The notes beneath the pieces are model-generated. The model was not told where the DNA came from, did no database searches, and saw only the letters and a list, made by a program, of their open reading frames with translations. Shown here in pieces: positions 37,901 through 51,313 of a stretch of 64,000 bases of DNA; positions within the stretch are counted from its first letter, which is position 1, and each line of letters starts with the position of its first letter. The translations under genes were made by a program, and so were the position numbers. Source of the DNA: Lama guanicoe (lineage: Eukaryota); NCBI GenBank assembly GCA_013239625.1, contig MU054323.1:19985082-20049081 (forward strand). Reading direction: 5' to 3'.

Positions 37901-40900
37901 ACCCGAGCAGCTTATAGCCTAATAAGATACTACACAGAAAGACAGCGAGCATGGCATATTTGTAGTTTAGTATTACTTGAATAAACAGGCACTAATGCTT
38001 GAAGATGAACAGAGAAATGACTGAGAGCCTTAGTGGTCAGAGAACGCTTCCCAGAGGAGGTGGGATGGGTCCTGGCTTGAAGGAGCGCTGAAATCTTGAA
38101 GAAGCAGTGAAGAGTTAGGAGCTCATATCAAGCAGGAGGAATGGATTGAGCAAATTTAGGAAACTATGAACTAACTGGACTAGAACTTTCCTAAAAGCTT
38201 CTTGATACCTAAACAGTGGAATCCAAACTTGTTAGCCTGGCCTTTAAAGCCCATTTAAAAATCTCTCCCTCACCACTCCTCCCAGAATGGTCAACTTATT
38301 GTCCTTTACACTTCAGCCCTCTTTGTGTTTTCTTACCTACCCCTTTCCACCTGTTTATGCCCCACCTGTCCTCACCACATTTGATGTGCTGAGGTCCTAG
38401 ACGCCTCCATCCTTAGTGATTACTCCCTGCTCTTAAACTTCATCATCCTTAGTACTTGTGAAATTCGTTTTACTTTGAACTATTTACTGTATGAACTCAC
38501 TGTCTCCCCAGTTGGATTATAAACTCCTATTCTGCCTCCTTTGCTGACTCCTTTCTTCTCTGCATCTCTAAATGTTAGTGTATCTCAGAGATAGAGAGCG
38601 AGCACTTCCCATGGGATCACACCTTTCCTTGGTGTGACGTAGTGAAAAGCACAAGGGGCAGACACTCTCTCCTGGCTCTGCCACTAACTAGTTGGTTGGT
38701 GGCTTGTCAAGTGCTTTGACATCATAGGATTTCAGCGCTCTTACTTACAAAGTAAGAGGGTTGAATTGGGCTTTTCTTCCCTGTGGTTTTCTGATTATAA
38801 AAGCCACATCTCTGTTCTTGTTAAGTGGAAGCTTCATAACGAAGCAGGTGGGAAAAGTTACAAACCTGCCACCCAGAGGACATACTTTATATTATGATGA
38901 ATATTTTTAAACTCATATTTTAAAGTTATATGTTCATTCAGGGACTTTAAAATATGATATTTCCCAGCTGTAAAATCTTATGATTCTTTTTTGCCACTAA
39001 ACAAATCAATATAGTGTCTTTTTAAAAAGTCATCATCAAGTTAATGATGGTGCTGTGTGTAGGTAGGTACTTGACTCACAAGTCATAACAGTTTACATAT
39101 GTGGCCAAAGATTTCCTGTCTCTGAGAAGGACCCATTAGGTCCTTGAGATCATATAGAGTCCCATAATGATTCCAAATTATCTTAAAGCAAAACCTTAGC
39201 TCCAATGTATATACTCTAGACTACAATGAAAATACAGTTCAGCACAGTGAAAACTTAAATATTATTTCTAGAAATTCCCTTTGCTAAAATAAAGGATTTG
39301 TTGTCATCCTCTGCATCCCTTTGTTAGGGATAGAGGTCCTGAGCCTGAAAGCCTTTTCTAAAGGTAGAACATAACTCATGCAATGAAAAGGGTGGGAGCT
39401 TTAAAATAATTGCTGGGGATCCATGTGGAAGTTGTATACTTTCAATAGCAAAGTTATTTAATTATTACTGAAAATTACTTGCCAAAAGTGGAAGAATTAA
39501 TCTCTGATATGTAACTAAAGAAACAGAAAAAGTAAGCAGGGTTTTTTTCTTTTTTGAGAGCTACCATCTCTAACCAGTAAATGACTCAGAGTTTTAGGTT
39601 TCTACATATTATACCAACAGACATTCTGGAGTTTTTTTAGTTACTTTTTAAGAGAGTTTCCAAAGAGACAAAATTGTTTGCAGTTTTCCTAGGAAAATTA
39701 AACTGACTTGGAAGCAGTCTTAAGACAGTATCAGTTGGAACTTCTCCAAAATAAAAATTGATCATTTTAAATGCCTAAGAAAGTATAGCAAAGTTTTCAT
39801 AAACGCAATAAGAACCTGAAACCTGATACCTGCAGAGTGGTGCCATGTCTCACTGTTCTTTAGGTGTGTCTGTGCAGTCTGAGTTTGGGATATTTTGTTC
39901 CCTGTTTTGAAAAGGCAGTTCACTTGGCATCAGCTTTGGCATTTCTTGACTCAGGAGTTTCACGGTGGCAGCCATAAAAATTGATTAATGAATTACATTC
40001 TCAGACAAAACCCATAATCTGTGGGCACTGTCCAACTGCGATAAAGTGTGTTTCTTATTCACCTTTGGAAATGGAAATGATCAAACATTCACCACAGGGC
40101 TTCAAAGTGCCAGTTTCCTGCTGATTGGCTTTCGTTTATATAAACTCAAGTATTTACAAATAGAAGCTATTTTTCTTCCCTGGGTAAGAGACAGTATTTA
40201 TGAACTTGATTAGCTACCTAGAAGTTTCAGTCCACCGCTCACAAGTTACTAATTCATTCATGAACATGTTTAATTAGAGAGGGATTTCAGTGATAGGCAA
40301 AAAGTTGGGATCTTTTGGTCTTTTATCTTCTACCTTGAATACGTTGAGGCATGTTAAGCAACATCACCAAATATTCTTTTTTTTTTTTTAATTCTTTTAG
40401 GGCCTTTTCTCTCTCCTAAATAAAATTTTTTTAAATTTAGTGGTCTCTTTCCAGGTGTTAGTTACAGTGCTTCAAAATTAAAAGGAACTGTTGTTATGAC
40501 TTGTTTTATTGGTGGAATTTTTCCCATCTGAATAAATAGAAATAAAACTTGCTGCTCTTGTTGTTCCATGCAGTACATGAGAGTAAGATAGTGATTTTAT
40601 TTTTCTAATCTTGTCCCATTTTTTTCCACCCCTACCATTTCTTCCTACACTCTGCATTACTATTAAATAATTCTTGCTAAAACTTAGTCATGTTCCAGAC
40701 TTACGTTGTGTGTGTTCATTTATACATTCTACAAATACTTATTTAGTGCCTGATCTGCTCTGAACTCCTGCAGCCAGCTGTGCATGCTGTCTGTAACCTG
40801 CCCTCCTCTTCCTTATCTGTTCCTTAGCTGTCCTTCCTTAGTTCCCAGTCTTTGCTTTGTACCCAGTTATCTCACCACGCTCTTCTGAAGCACTATCCCT

Positions 40901-41688
40901 TCCTTCAAGTGCTTTTAGAAGAGGGTCTGATAAGAGTCACTTATTATGTTGTTGGATTTCAGTCATTGTTTTAACCTCTCAAGAGGCTTTTACATTTTGA
41001 CTTTTCCTATAAATGTGAATGAAAAACTGTCTCTCAAAGAACTTAGAGTTTGCATGTGCAGGTATTGGGGGCATTGGAGAGGCAGAGTGTCCCCTGCTGG
41101 TTCCTTTGAAATCACACCAAATGAATGACCCTCTGCCTTTCCCTCCCACCTTCATACTGTCCTGCTCCTTCCCACCTCCATAGCTGCAGCTGTCACTCCT
41201 CCTGCCCAAACTGCCTGTATGTCTTTCCCTCATCATTCAGCTCAGCTATATTCTACATCCTTGCGAAAAGTTTTTCTATGTCTGCTATTACTCATTTTCC
41301 TTCTATGAGTTCCTCTATTGTCCATAGTCACCATCAGTGGGGTTGGCACTTAATTGTTCTTTGTTTCAATTGGTTCGTTTACTTTTCCCTGGCTCTAGTG
41401 TAATCTTCAAGAACACTGATCATCTTGTCATTTTCTGTTTGAACCATGCCTCGCAAAAGACACTGTTGGCATTCAGTGAATACCTAAATAGAAATGAGAA
41501 TATGCTGAGGCCCATATAAGTATATTTATAATGTATCTAGCAACACTTTGCAAGATGAATTCAACATTAGAAGAGGGAAAAATGTTCTGCTTAATAAATT
41601 TCTTTTTAAAAAGGTAGAAAAAGTCAGCAACCATTTTTTTCTATAAATGCTAATAGCTAAAGAAAATTTTGATTTTACTTCTTAACAG

Positions 41689-41777
41689 GTGGTTTGTTCT
41701 GGACGCAGAAACCAGAGATCTAGTTTCTATCCACACAGACGGGAATGAACAGCTCTCTGTGATGCGCTACTCAGTAG
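41689..41777 (+). CDS. EML4: EML4 exon 18 (89 nt): WFVLDAETRDLVSIHTDGNEQLSVMRYSV(D)
   Basis: AACAG acceptor, GTAGGC donor; lies within ORF 41669..41875. Confidence 0.95.
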
Positions 41778-43156
41778 GTAGGCAGATTTACCCCATCCTG
41801 GCATTCACACCATTTCTCTGTAATTACATATTTTCACTTCCAGTAAAGCTGACTACTTTTTCCTCTACTCTCTAGAGTTGTTAAGTATTGAATGTGTCCC
41901 CCAACATCAGATTAAATTCTGCTGCAGGAAACTGCAAAAGATCTGCCAAAGTTAAACAGCATTCTGAATCATCAAGCAAACATAAATTTAGAGCAAACTG
42001 TTACAACTGCATTTGCAATTGAAAGCAGAATACAGTGCAATCAACTACCACTTTTTTGGAACTACACATACTTAGATTTTTGAATAGGTATTAGGCTGAA
42101 TGTTAATCTATTTAGTAACCTCTTCTTTGTATATAACAGAATGTAAAAGAAATTATACTATTCAAAATGTACACATTTTATAGGCCTTCAAGTTCTTTAA
42201 AATCTAGCTTGATTTTTACTGTTACTTAGTAACAGTTGGTTTGTTAATTAGATAAAATACTTAGCAACTCATAAGGATTTGGTCAGTTCATTTAGCCGTT
42301 TTGCATAATTCTTCTTGTACTTTATTCAAAATGTTAATTTTCTTTGATATTCTAATTCCTTTTCCCATTATTAATATGGATTTGATTCACATCATTCTTC
42401 CCTGAAATTAGTCCAAATGATGTTTTCTTATATTTGAAAATACATTCCAATAGTTGTTGGATCAGCATGGAGTCCAAATGACCTTTTTGATCACTTCTAA
42501 ATTGCTTCAAAGGAAGCCCAGAATACTATTCTGTGTGTTGAACAAGGAAGGAAAAGTATTTGCTTCCAGCTATAAGCCTGGCAACAGTTACCCTGAAGCA
42601 GGAAAGGTTTTCTGTTTTGGGTTTGGTTTTTTTTTAGTGCTATAACAGCAAATAATTACTGCAGATGTAGCAATTAAAACTCAAAGATGGACTTTATTGA
42701 CCATCTGTTATATGGTAAGTATAATGGAGTAGATCGTAAAAGAGAACATGGTCCCTTCCCATGAGAGCCTACCCTGTAGTTGCAGAGATCCTATGTGCTT
42801 GGCTGAAACAAGCAATTGTATACTCTGCCTGCCATGTGAATATTGTATACTTAGACCCATAAAAGCAGGTTAACCTCCCTGGGGCCAGTTTGTAGCTAAC
42901 TAGAAAGGAGATGAGGCTAAGGGAAGAGTCCAAGGCCTGTGAGCATTTCCAAGAAGAGAGTTTTGTACTGGACCAGATGACCACTTGGTTTTGCTTAGTA
43001 ATGGAAGGATTCATTCATTAAACACCAAATAATAGTTAAGTTGATGAGATTTAACAACATTTGTAAAATGTCATTTGGTATAGGTCCAGTGAAGTGACAG
43101 TAAATAAACCTATCAATGTATTTGCTTAACCAACATTTTTTCCTGTTTGATTTTAG

Positions 43157-43254
43157 ATGGCACCTTCCTGGCTGTAGGATCTCATGACAACTTTATTTAC
43201 CTCTATGTAGTCTCAGAAAATGGAAGAAAATATAGCAGACATGGAAAGTGCACT
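43157..43254 (+). CDS. EML4: EML4 exon 19 (98 nt): GTFLAVGSHDNFIYLYVVSENGRKYSRHGKCT
   Basis: TTTTAG acceptor, GTAAGT donor. Confidence 0.96.
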
Positions 43255-43904
43255 GTAAGTAGTGAAGTGAAAGAAATTAAGCTGTAAAGTGGTTGGAGAT
43301 CTTTACTTCTATTAGAAAGAGAGTTAAATGTTTACATTGATGTATCTGCTTTAAACTTTAAACCTGAATGTCAATCTTTGAAAACTGAGATTCCCTGACA
43401 GCAGAGTATAGCTGTTCCATGTGTGCTCTAGAAAGATTTCTCCTTTCATGGGAGTTTAATATTTCTCTCTCTGACTAGTTTTAAGGCAGTTTCTTAAATC
43501 AAAGCTATTTCCTTAGGAAATCTTTGGAAAATAACACTTTTTTTAAATGGAGTGAATCAGAGATGAAAGGGTGTCTCTCGCATTTTAATCTCAATGTCTC
43601 ATGATCCTGCCCACCCTTGACACTGCAGTTTCCTATGTGACCTCTCTAGTGCTGAAAATAGCATAGTTTATATGATGATTCATCTGCATTAAGAGAATTA
43701 ACAGAAGCTTATTCCCTTTAATTTGTTGCATTTCTGATTGGTTTATCATTGTAAGATGAAGATTGGATTCAATTCTGTGGACATACTGACTAATTACCTT
43801 ATGGCAGGCAGTCTGCTAACTAGGAAGATGTTCTAGGCACGGGGAATATATATGTAAGATTTGTTCGTTGTCCTCACAGTACACATTTAAGCTAAGGGCA
43901 CGAC

Positions 43905-44140
43905 AAGAAAGGCAGGTAGGAGCTGAGAGCACAAACTTGGGATCAGACAACATGGATTTTAATTTTCGTTTCACCACCTCAAGTGTGACCTTGAGCAAGT
44001 TATTTAAACCTTCTACTTTGGTTTTCTCATCTGTTCAGTGAGGATAATAGTACTTTCTACTTTACTAGATTAAAACAAGGCATATAAAATACTTAGAATA
44101 GTGCTTGGCAGATAAGAAGTACTCAGTATATTTAAGTATG
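43905..44140 (+). mobile_element. MIR SINE
   Basis: TGTGACCTTGAGCAAGTTATTTAAACC..TTTTCTCATCTGT..ACTTAGAATAGTGCTTGGCA. Confidence 0.75.
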
Positions 44141-44724
44141 ATTTTTATAGGAAATGAGGTAGTTTGTTATCTGTGTTAGCAAATCAGTTTAGGATTAGCA
44201 AATCACTTGATGAATTAGCACAGATCCTTTAACAGCCTTTATCACAAAACAGTTTTAGGGGAATGAGTTTTTAGAAGCATATACATAAGTAAACCCAGGC
44301 CATTTACTATTCAAAGAAGAGATTTTCTTTTCTTTTCTTTTTTGGTGTATTTTGTCATCCACCTATATATAAGCTGATCTACAAGCAATTATATAGTTTT
44401 AGAATTTATCCAAAATAGTTTTTTTAGTTTGACAAAAATTATGAATCAGTATCCATTAATTTATTTAAATCCTATCTTTTAATTGACTTATTATCTTAAT
44501 ATTTGGGATATGAAACAGTAGTGTAATAGCGCCTCACTGTACAACACAATCAAATTAAATGTTCTACTGAAAGGAATTTTTAGATTACTTAAATTTACCC
44601 TTACCAGGCGCCAAATTTTTCTTAATTATTTTTTACCCCAACCTTTTAGAAATGTCCATGCCTTAATAAACAAGAGTGTTATCAAATGTAATCTTGTGGA
44701 ATCATAAAATTTTACAGGTAGCAC

Positions 44725-44860
44725 TCTAGCATTTACTTAGCTCAGCCTTCATTTTATGGATGAAGATACTGAGTTTCAGAAAAGGTAAATGACTTGTCCT
44801 TGGTCGCATCGTGATGTAGTGGCAGATCTGGGACCTGAACCCTGTTCTTCTGACTCTTAG
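44725..44860 (-). mobile_element. MIR SINE
   Basis: CATTTTATGGATGAAGATACTGAGTTTCAGAAAAGGTAAATGACTTGTCC..GGGACCTGAACCC. Confidence 0.7.
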
Positions 44861-45485
44861 ACTCCCCAGGGTACGCAAGTGCCTCAGCCGTTCAGTATGT
44901 GTATGACTGTGCTGTGCTCTTACAGCACAGCGGCGGGCGCAGAGTGGGAAGTGCAGTGCGTGACACTGGACAGTGAGAATGACCTTGGAAGTGCTGAGAA
45001 GTGGCAAGTTTAGCAGTTGCATGAGACATGGCCTTCTTCAGTTAGGCAGCTTTTTATTTTAGTGTGTATGAAAGTATTATTTTGAGATATCATTAGGAAC
45101 TGTTAAAGTTTATAGTACTCTTTGAGGCTCGACTGCTCTGCTTTTCTCGTTATCCTCTGTTCTGTGCTTTGCTTCCAGCTATCACTTCTCCTTGCTGTCT
45201 GCTTCTGCCAGCTGGTCTTACAGTCTCATATTAGCTGCTTTTGTCTGTTGTCTGCTATGACGTAGGGCAGAACTGGGCTAATGCTGCCTCTACTGCTTAC
45301 TAGTTTGCAACTTTAGGCAAGTTAATTAACTTCTCTGAGTCTTAATTTTGGTATCTTAAAATTGGAGAATATAGTAGTGCCTACTTTTATAGGATTGCTG
45401 TAAAGATTAAAATGTGGCAACTGGAAGTACTCTCAGAGATCCAAATACAAATGCTGTTTTCTATTTTGTTTTCAGTATTTCCTGT

Positions 45486-45525
45486 GACTAGTTAACACTG
45501 AAGTGGACTAGTTAACACTGAAGTG
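45486..45525 (+). repeat. Perfect 20-bp tandem duplication
   Basis: GACTAGTTAACACTGAAGTG x2. Confidence 0.95.
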
Positions 45526-45909
45526 ACCCCATAGCTGCAGCAGGATACCAGCATAGAACTTTGGGAAGCGTCCCTCTAATGGACTCTGACCAAGCAGTCG
45601 GAACCTGTCCCTGAATGCCGGCATTCTAGCTTTCTGTTTGACTCAAGTTTCTATGTACCTTTCAACGCTGCTACTCAAAGATCGTAGCCCAGGAAGTACA
45701 GTACGCTGAAGTTGCAGCGATACACTAAAAAGCATTACAGCGTCTGGCAGAATAGGCAAGAAGTGCTGGTAAAATAAGTGTCAGGACAAAGATGTCAGGA
45801 TGTTGGTAACTGAAAATATATGTATGAATAAGAGATGAGTAAAAGGCTTCCAAACTGTCTACCTAGAAATCTCCAAGAAAATAACCCATAAAACTATTGC
45901 AGTACATAT

Positions 45910-46225
45910 TTCAGTATTACTATAACAAGAATTATACTGCAGTACTTGGTGGCTTAATCAAATGAGGGTTATGTTCTCATTTAAAAGAATTCTTTGGGGA
46001 TTCAGGATCCTTCTTTCTCTCTAACTCCATCATCCTCAACAAGGTACTACTGGAATTCCAGTCATCACATCCTAGTCCCAGGAAGACGGGATCAGAGCAA
46101 GGGGAAAACGTCAGCTCTCCTAAGTCAGTTCTCTTAAAGTTTTCCCAGAAGCCTCACTCAGTGACTTCTGGCACCCACAGCTGCAGAAAGAGGTTAGGAA
46201 ACACAGTGTTTTCCTGGGCACGTAG
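45910..46225 (-). mobile_element. MaLR (MLT1-like) LTR relic
   Basis: GTGGCTTAATCAAATGAGGGTTATGTTCTCAT..CAGCTGCAGAAAGAGGTTAGGAAACACAGT. Confidence 0.5.
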
Positions 46226-46329
46226 GAGGAGAGAATGTGGAGTGGATAAGCTATGCTCTCCAGACCTACACTCTAAAGACTGGATTGGATAGTCTGACAG
46301 TCTACACTCTAAAGATCAGCTTTCCCTCA

Positions 46330-46775
46330 GTCCAGCAGAGCATATCAAAAATGTGATGGGGAAAAAGATCTTAATTGCGATAGCAACAAAAACTGTGGCT
46401 GCTTTGAGAGCAGACCTGGCAAGAAAAGCACAGCAAGCATGTGAAACATGACTGAAAGGCAAACTAAGAACTGAAAAAATAGACATAATGTGTTTCTAGA
46501 TGAAAAGGTCTGATAAAAATATCTGTTCTCTACAAATTATTCTCTAAATTTGATGCACTCTTACTTAAATTTCCAACATGGTATTCATGAGCTTGGTAAA
46601 ATGGTTTAAGATTCATATGAAATTTTCCACATACCACAAAACTATCACAGCTGGCTGGGAATAGGCAGATAGACTAATGGAACAGAAAAGAGAGTCCAAA
46701 AACAGATCTCTATTTATATGGAAATTTACTAGATAATAATAAAGGTATTTTCAGATCAGTAGAGAAACAATGGAC
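46330..46775 (+). mobile_element. Ancient L1 ORF2 fragment
   Basis: AATAGGCAGATAGACTAATGGAACAGAAAAGAGAGTCCAAAAACAGATC. Confidence 0.65.
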
Positions 46776-46785
46776 CGTTTTCAGC

Positions 46786-46969
46786 CTGCATTATCCAGTA
46801 TCACAGCCACTAAGCACAACTTTGTTCATGAAATTAAATACAGTTCAGTTCTCTGGGAGCGTTGGCCACATTTTGAGTACTCAGAAGCCACAGGCTGCTA
46901 GTTACTGCTGCACTGGACCGTGCAGGTACACATTTTCATCAGCGCAGAAAGCTCCATTGGACAGCACTG
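46786..46969. mobile_element. hAT-Charlie MITE, MER3-like
   Basis: CTGCATTATCCAGTA..GCCACATTTTGAGTACTCA..CAGAAAGCTCCATTGGACAGCACTG. Confidence 0.75.
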
Positions 46970-47039
46970 CTCTAGATAGTGAGGGGACACCTGGTACCTA
47001 CTTAGGAAAAAACTTACTGCCCTAACTCAAGGCCTCAGT

Positions 47040-47098
47040 GCTTTTTTTAAAACTCCCCAGGTAATACTAATATATAGCCAGGGTTGCAAACCACTGCT
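47040..47098. mobile_element. MER5A-like terminal fragment
   Basis: TTTTAAAACTCCCCAGGTAATACTAATATATAGCCAGGGTTGCAAACCACTG. Confidence 0.6.
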
Positions 47099-48974
47099 GT
47101 AGATGATGACCTTCAGTGGTTGACAAAGCTTTAGCTGAAATATTTTTGATTTTTCCAGTGTATTCTCAAGCACTATCACTTGTAATTATTCTCGTGGGCC
47201 CAGGGCAGGGGGGACACTCTGAAGTGGCATCTGGGAAGGCAGCGTTACAGACTCTCAACAAACAACTGCATCTAACTTTTTCTCTGCTTGGTTATTGGAC
47301 TCCATACTACCAAAAAAAAATATTCACTTTGTTTCCCAATATAAATTGGTAACTGCCCCAAGGCCTTTTCTGAATTTGGGGACTTTTCCTATTCAAGAGG
47401 TTTTTTTTTTTTTGAAAATTCTTACATTGATTTAGTTTACCATCTAAATACAGTCTGTGTCCAACACAGATGTGCGTTGCATGAATATTATGCATCCAAA
47501 CAGTGCTTTGATGCTTTTCTAAGCAGTGCTATTAAATTCTTTTCACAAAGACTCAAACAGTATTTTTAAGTACTACATTAGGATGAATACTTCTTGGAGG
47601 ACAGTACTTTGCCATGATTAATCTAGTTAAATCCTTCATTCATGTAGTAGCACTTTTCTTATCTTAGAAGCGTGGCTTCTCTGGATGTCAGAGCCAGGCA
47701 TCAGACTCATGAGCACTATGAAAAAGATCTATGTGAACCCCATCCTCCCTGCCGCATTCAGAAAATATCCAAGAACCACATGTGTCTTTCTGGCATTGAA
47801 ACTGATTTCTTGTTAAGTTGGTAGGTCTCCCACATGCCTAGCAAGTGATTCACAACCTCTTCTCTAATGTACCACCTAATCCCCAGTGATTCCAGGAAGC
47901 TTCTTAGTTCTCAAATTCACATCATTTAAATTCATTTAAATGTATAAATATGGGTATTTACCATGCAGCACTGTGGTGATCATAGCTCCAGAAAGGTTTT
48001 AGGACGTCTTAGACTTCAGAAGACTGCTAGAAAAATGAAAATGCTTCATGTAAATCATTAGAAACTATACCTCAGGTATTTTGAATTTCTTACCTTTAAA
48101 AATAAAAACCATGTGAGCAGAAAGCTAGCAATTCAAAAAGTACAACAGAAATTAAATGTTTTAATACAGACTGCAGGAGATAAAAGTAATTTTGAATATT
48201 CATCGACCTGGTTGTAAACCTTAAGACCTGTTTGATTTATCTGCAGTAGTTTATTGGAAGTCATCAAATGCTTACATGTGAAGCCAAGAAAATACAGCAT
48301 TTAATAAATTTTTTTGGTCTAAATTCCCAGTGTTAATAAAACTTAAGCAGAAAAAGATCACTGTATTCTTATTTAAGGAGTCAGATGATTATTGGATCCA
48401 GCTGTTCAGAGGGAGTGCGATGTTGGGTAACTGTTCATCCAGAATATTCTTTGGAGATGAGTTTTTCTAAGAGATCTCCAGTGTGACTGTGGGTGTCCCA
48501 TCTTCCTCAGCCTCTGGGGTGTCCTGTGGGTACTCAGGAAGCAGCCCAGGAAAATTGTACTCTTTGTGCTCAACCTGCAACCAATACCTCATTCTCAAAA
48601 ATAAAGATAAAAATAACTGTGCTAACTTAGGGACACTAGTGACTTGAAATAAGGCCTGAGGTTGTGGTATCTGTTACAGTGTCTTTGAAGACACAAGTTT
48701 GAGACTGTCTGTCTTGGAAGTGTCGCACAGGTGGTAGGTGCTTGTTGCTGCTATCTAAGTGGAGAGACCAGGTTCCAGGTGCTTAACATTTCCACTGTGG
48801 TCAGGTTTCTTTAAATTCCAAAGTTCTGGCTCCAAACAAGGTAGTGTAAAAAAGAACTAAGGACCTGCGATTCCTGGTGAACGGCTACTCGGAAGACAGT
48901 ACTGGCTACTGTGAAACTATTTGTCATTCAGAACTCTTAACTGCTCTCTAAATAGTTGATGTGTTACTTCCTAG

Positions 48975-49062
48975 GGACATTCCAGCTATATCACACACCT
49001 TGACTGGTCCCCAGACAACAAGTATATAATGTCTAACTCGGGAGACTATGAGATCCTGTACT
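48975..49062 (+). CDS. EML4: EML4 exon 20 (88 nt): GHSSYITHLDWSPDNKYIMSNSGDYEILY(W)
   Basis: TTCCTAG acceptor, GTGAGT donor. Confidence 0.96.
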
Positions 49063-49545
49063 GTGAGTATGAACGATCACGTGCGGCTGAGACGTGTCTG
49101 TCGGGCAGTAATGAGCAGGCTGCAGGGACTGAATTGTGCAGCAGCTGCACACTGGCCCCTGACCTGACAAAGCTCGTGTGGCTCTGAGCTGGCTAAGGAC
49201 TGAGAATCTCAAAGAAAGTAGTGAGTTCATTTAAATGTCATAGGAAATTATTCAGGGAGACTGGTGCTGCTCTGAATGGTTCTGTATTTAATAACTTTTC
49301 TTGGAGACAGGAAGGAGTATAATGGATGAGCAATTATGCTTTTTAAAGAACAATTTCAGTGGGAAACAGTTTGTAGTTCTATCTATAAACCCTGTTAAAC
49401 ACTTTGCCTTGTTAAGTGTGTCTTAATGTTTTTCAGTGTATGGATAATAAATACAAGTAAACGTGGCTAGTTTGAATCAAGATGCACTGTCAAGTACATT
49501 TGTACACAAGCACTATGATCATACTTCCTGTTTCTGAATTTAAAG

Positions 49546-49644
49546 GGGACATTCCAAATGGCTGCAAACTAATCAGGAATCGATCGGATTGTAAGGACAT
49601 TGATTGGACGACATACACCTGTGTGCTAGGCTTTCAAGTCTTTG
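49546..49644 (+). CDS. EML4: EML4 exon 21 (99 nt): DIPNGCKLIRNRSDCKDIDWTTYTCVLGFQVF(G)
   Basis: AAAG acceptor (weak), GTAAGG donor; lies within ORF 49482..49712. Confidence 0.94.
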
Positions 49645-50513
49645 GTAAGGACGTGACATTTGGGAAAGGCGATTGTGGGTTTTTATTTATATTTACTTGG
49701 TTAAATTTCTAAACAAAACTAGTCTACATGTGTTCTTTAGTATTATCACCATTAATGCCCAATTCAGAGAAGTGTATTAGGATTGAACCAATACAAAATT
49801 TATTCTCTGAAGAATCCAGGAGTTTTGGTCCACAATAAATTCAGACTAATCTAATCTAGTAGAGGTTTGTGCTTATTATGTTGAACCAGTGTGTCATAAT
49901 GATTCAGAATAATTAAATTTGCTGTGTCAACCTTTGGACATAAATAACAGTTCCAGGAAAATTCTATGTATAGCATGATAGACCAATGGATGTCCCGTGC
50001 ATTTCCACTAAGAAAGAATGAGGTCCTTTAAGTGCCTGTCTAAAAGGGATCAGTGAAAGTCTGTAAATTTTACAATTACCCAGAATCCACTTTGGAGAAT
50101 CAGTGCTATGGCATTGTTTCTGTACTTCGTTTGCTACAGAAGTAACTGAGAACTTCCCCTCCAACTAGAAACTTTAAACAGGAAGAGCTTATTGTTGAGG
50201 TGAGATGTGAGATAAGCTAAAACTAAAATTATTTATTAGCACCACCTGCTGGTTACTAGTGAGTACTTTTGAGTCTTAAAGTCTTAAAATTTTCCATCTT
50301 GAAGCTATTTCAGTGTATTAGTAGTTAGTTAGATTTTGGGTAAAATTTCATCATTTGAATAAAGTATTGAGCCACTACAAAATTTGTAAGGGGAATGTTA
50401 GCAGTTAAGAGTTTGAACACAGATGAAAAATCAGTAAGATTCTAAAACATGTAGCAGTGCAGTTACGTTTTTCAGGCTAATTTTTCTACCCCCCCCCCAT
50501 CTCCATATCAAAG

Positions 50514-50644
50514 GTGTCTGGCCAGAAGGATCTGATGGGACAGATATCAATGCACTGGTGCGATCCCACAATAGAAAGGTGATAGCTGTTGCTGATGACT
50601 TTTGCAAAGTCCATCTGTTTCAGTATCCCTGCTCCAAAGCAAAG
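50514..50644 (+). CDS. EML4: EML4 exon 22 (131 nt): VWPEGSDGTDINALVRSHNRKVIAVADDFCKVHLFQYPCSKAK
   Basis: AAAG acceptor after a C-tract, GTAAAA donor. Confidence 0.95.
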
Positions 50645-51313
50645 GTAAAATCAATTTAATAAAAACTAATGTTATAGGAAGTTTTGTTTGGGGATGACTT
50701 TTGTGGCAATGGTGAGAAAACATCTGCAGGGTTACCAATTACTATCTGTGATATACTCCAGCGCACAGTCGGAGGGAGCAGGCCGTCTGGAAGCACCCAA
50801 GCAGGTGGTGCGTGTCTTTTCCTTCCTCATTCAGGTCAAGGAGAACAAAGAGAAGACAGCTGACAATGTTTTATTCATTTTTTTATTGTCCAACTTTTTT
50901 CACTTTGATTTCTTGGCAGATCTAAAATTCTTCTAAACATACTATTTGTGACCCATGATTAATATTATAAAGCTCCTAAATCATCTATAATCCTGCCAAC
51001 CTAGTAAATTCTCCCCTTGCCATCTCAATAGAAGTTAATAAGCTCTAACAAGTATACCAACCTGACATCCAGAAGAGACATTTGTTTTAACCAGAGTCTG
51101 AAAGTATAGCTTGTCCAATTTTTGTTTCTCCCATATGAATAGGTATTAAAAGGAAATTACTGCTAGCTTTATTCCTCAGTCAGTGACTGGTGGTTTTGAT
51201 CTGCATTACCTGTTTCACAAGCTGCATGACCTCCCTTATGTAGTCACCACCATTGCTGTACGCAGGCATGTAAAGAACGAGTTTAATTTTCCTGTCTGAT
51301 TTATTTCATGTAG

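Noticed and set aside
45486..46315. Short direct repeats that superficially resemble CRISPR repeat-spacer units
   Set aside because: Only two copies each, eukaryotic intron context, no cas genes.
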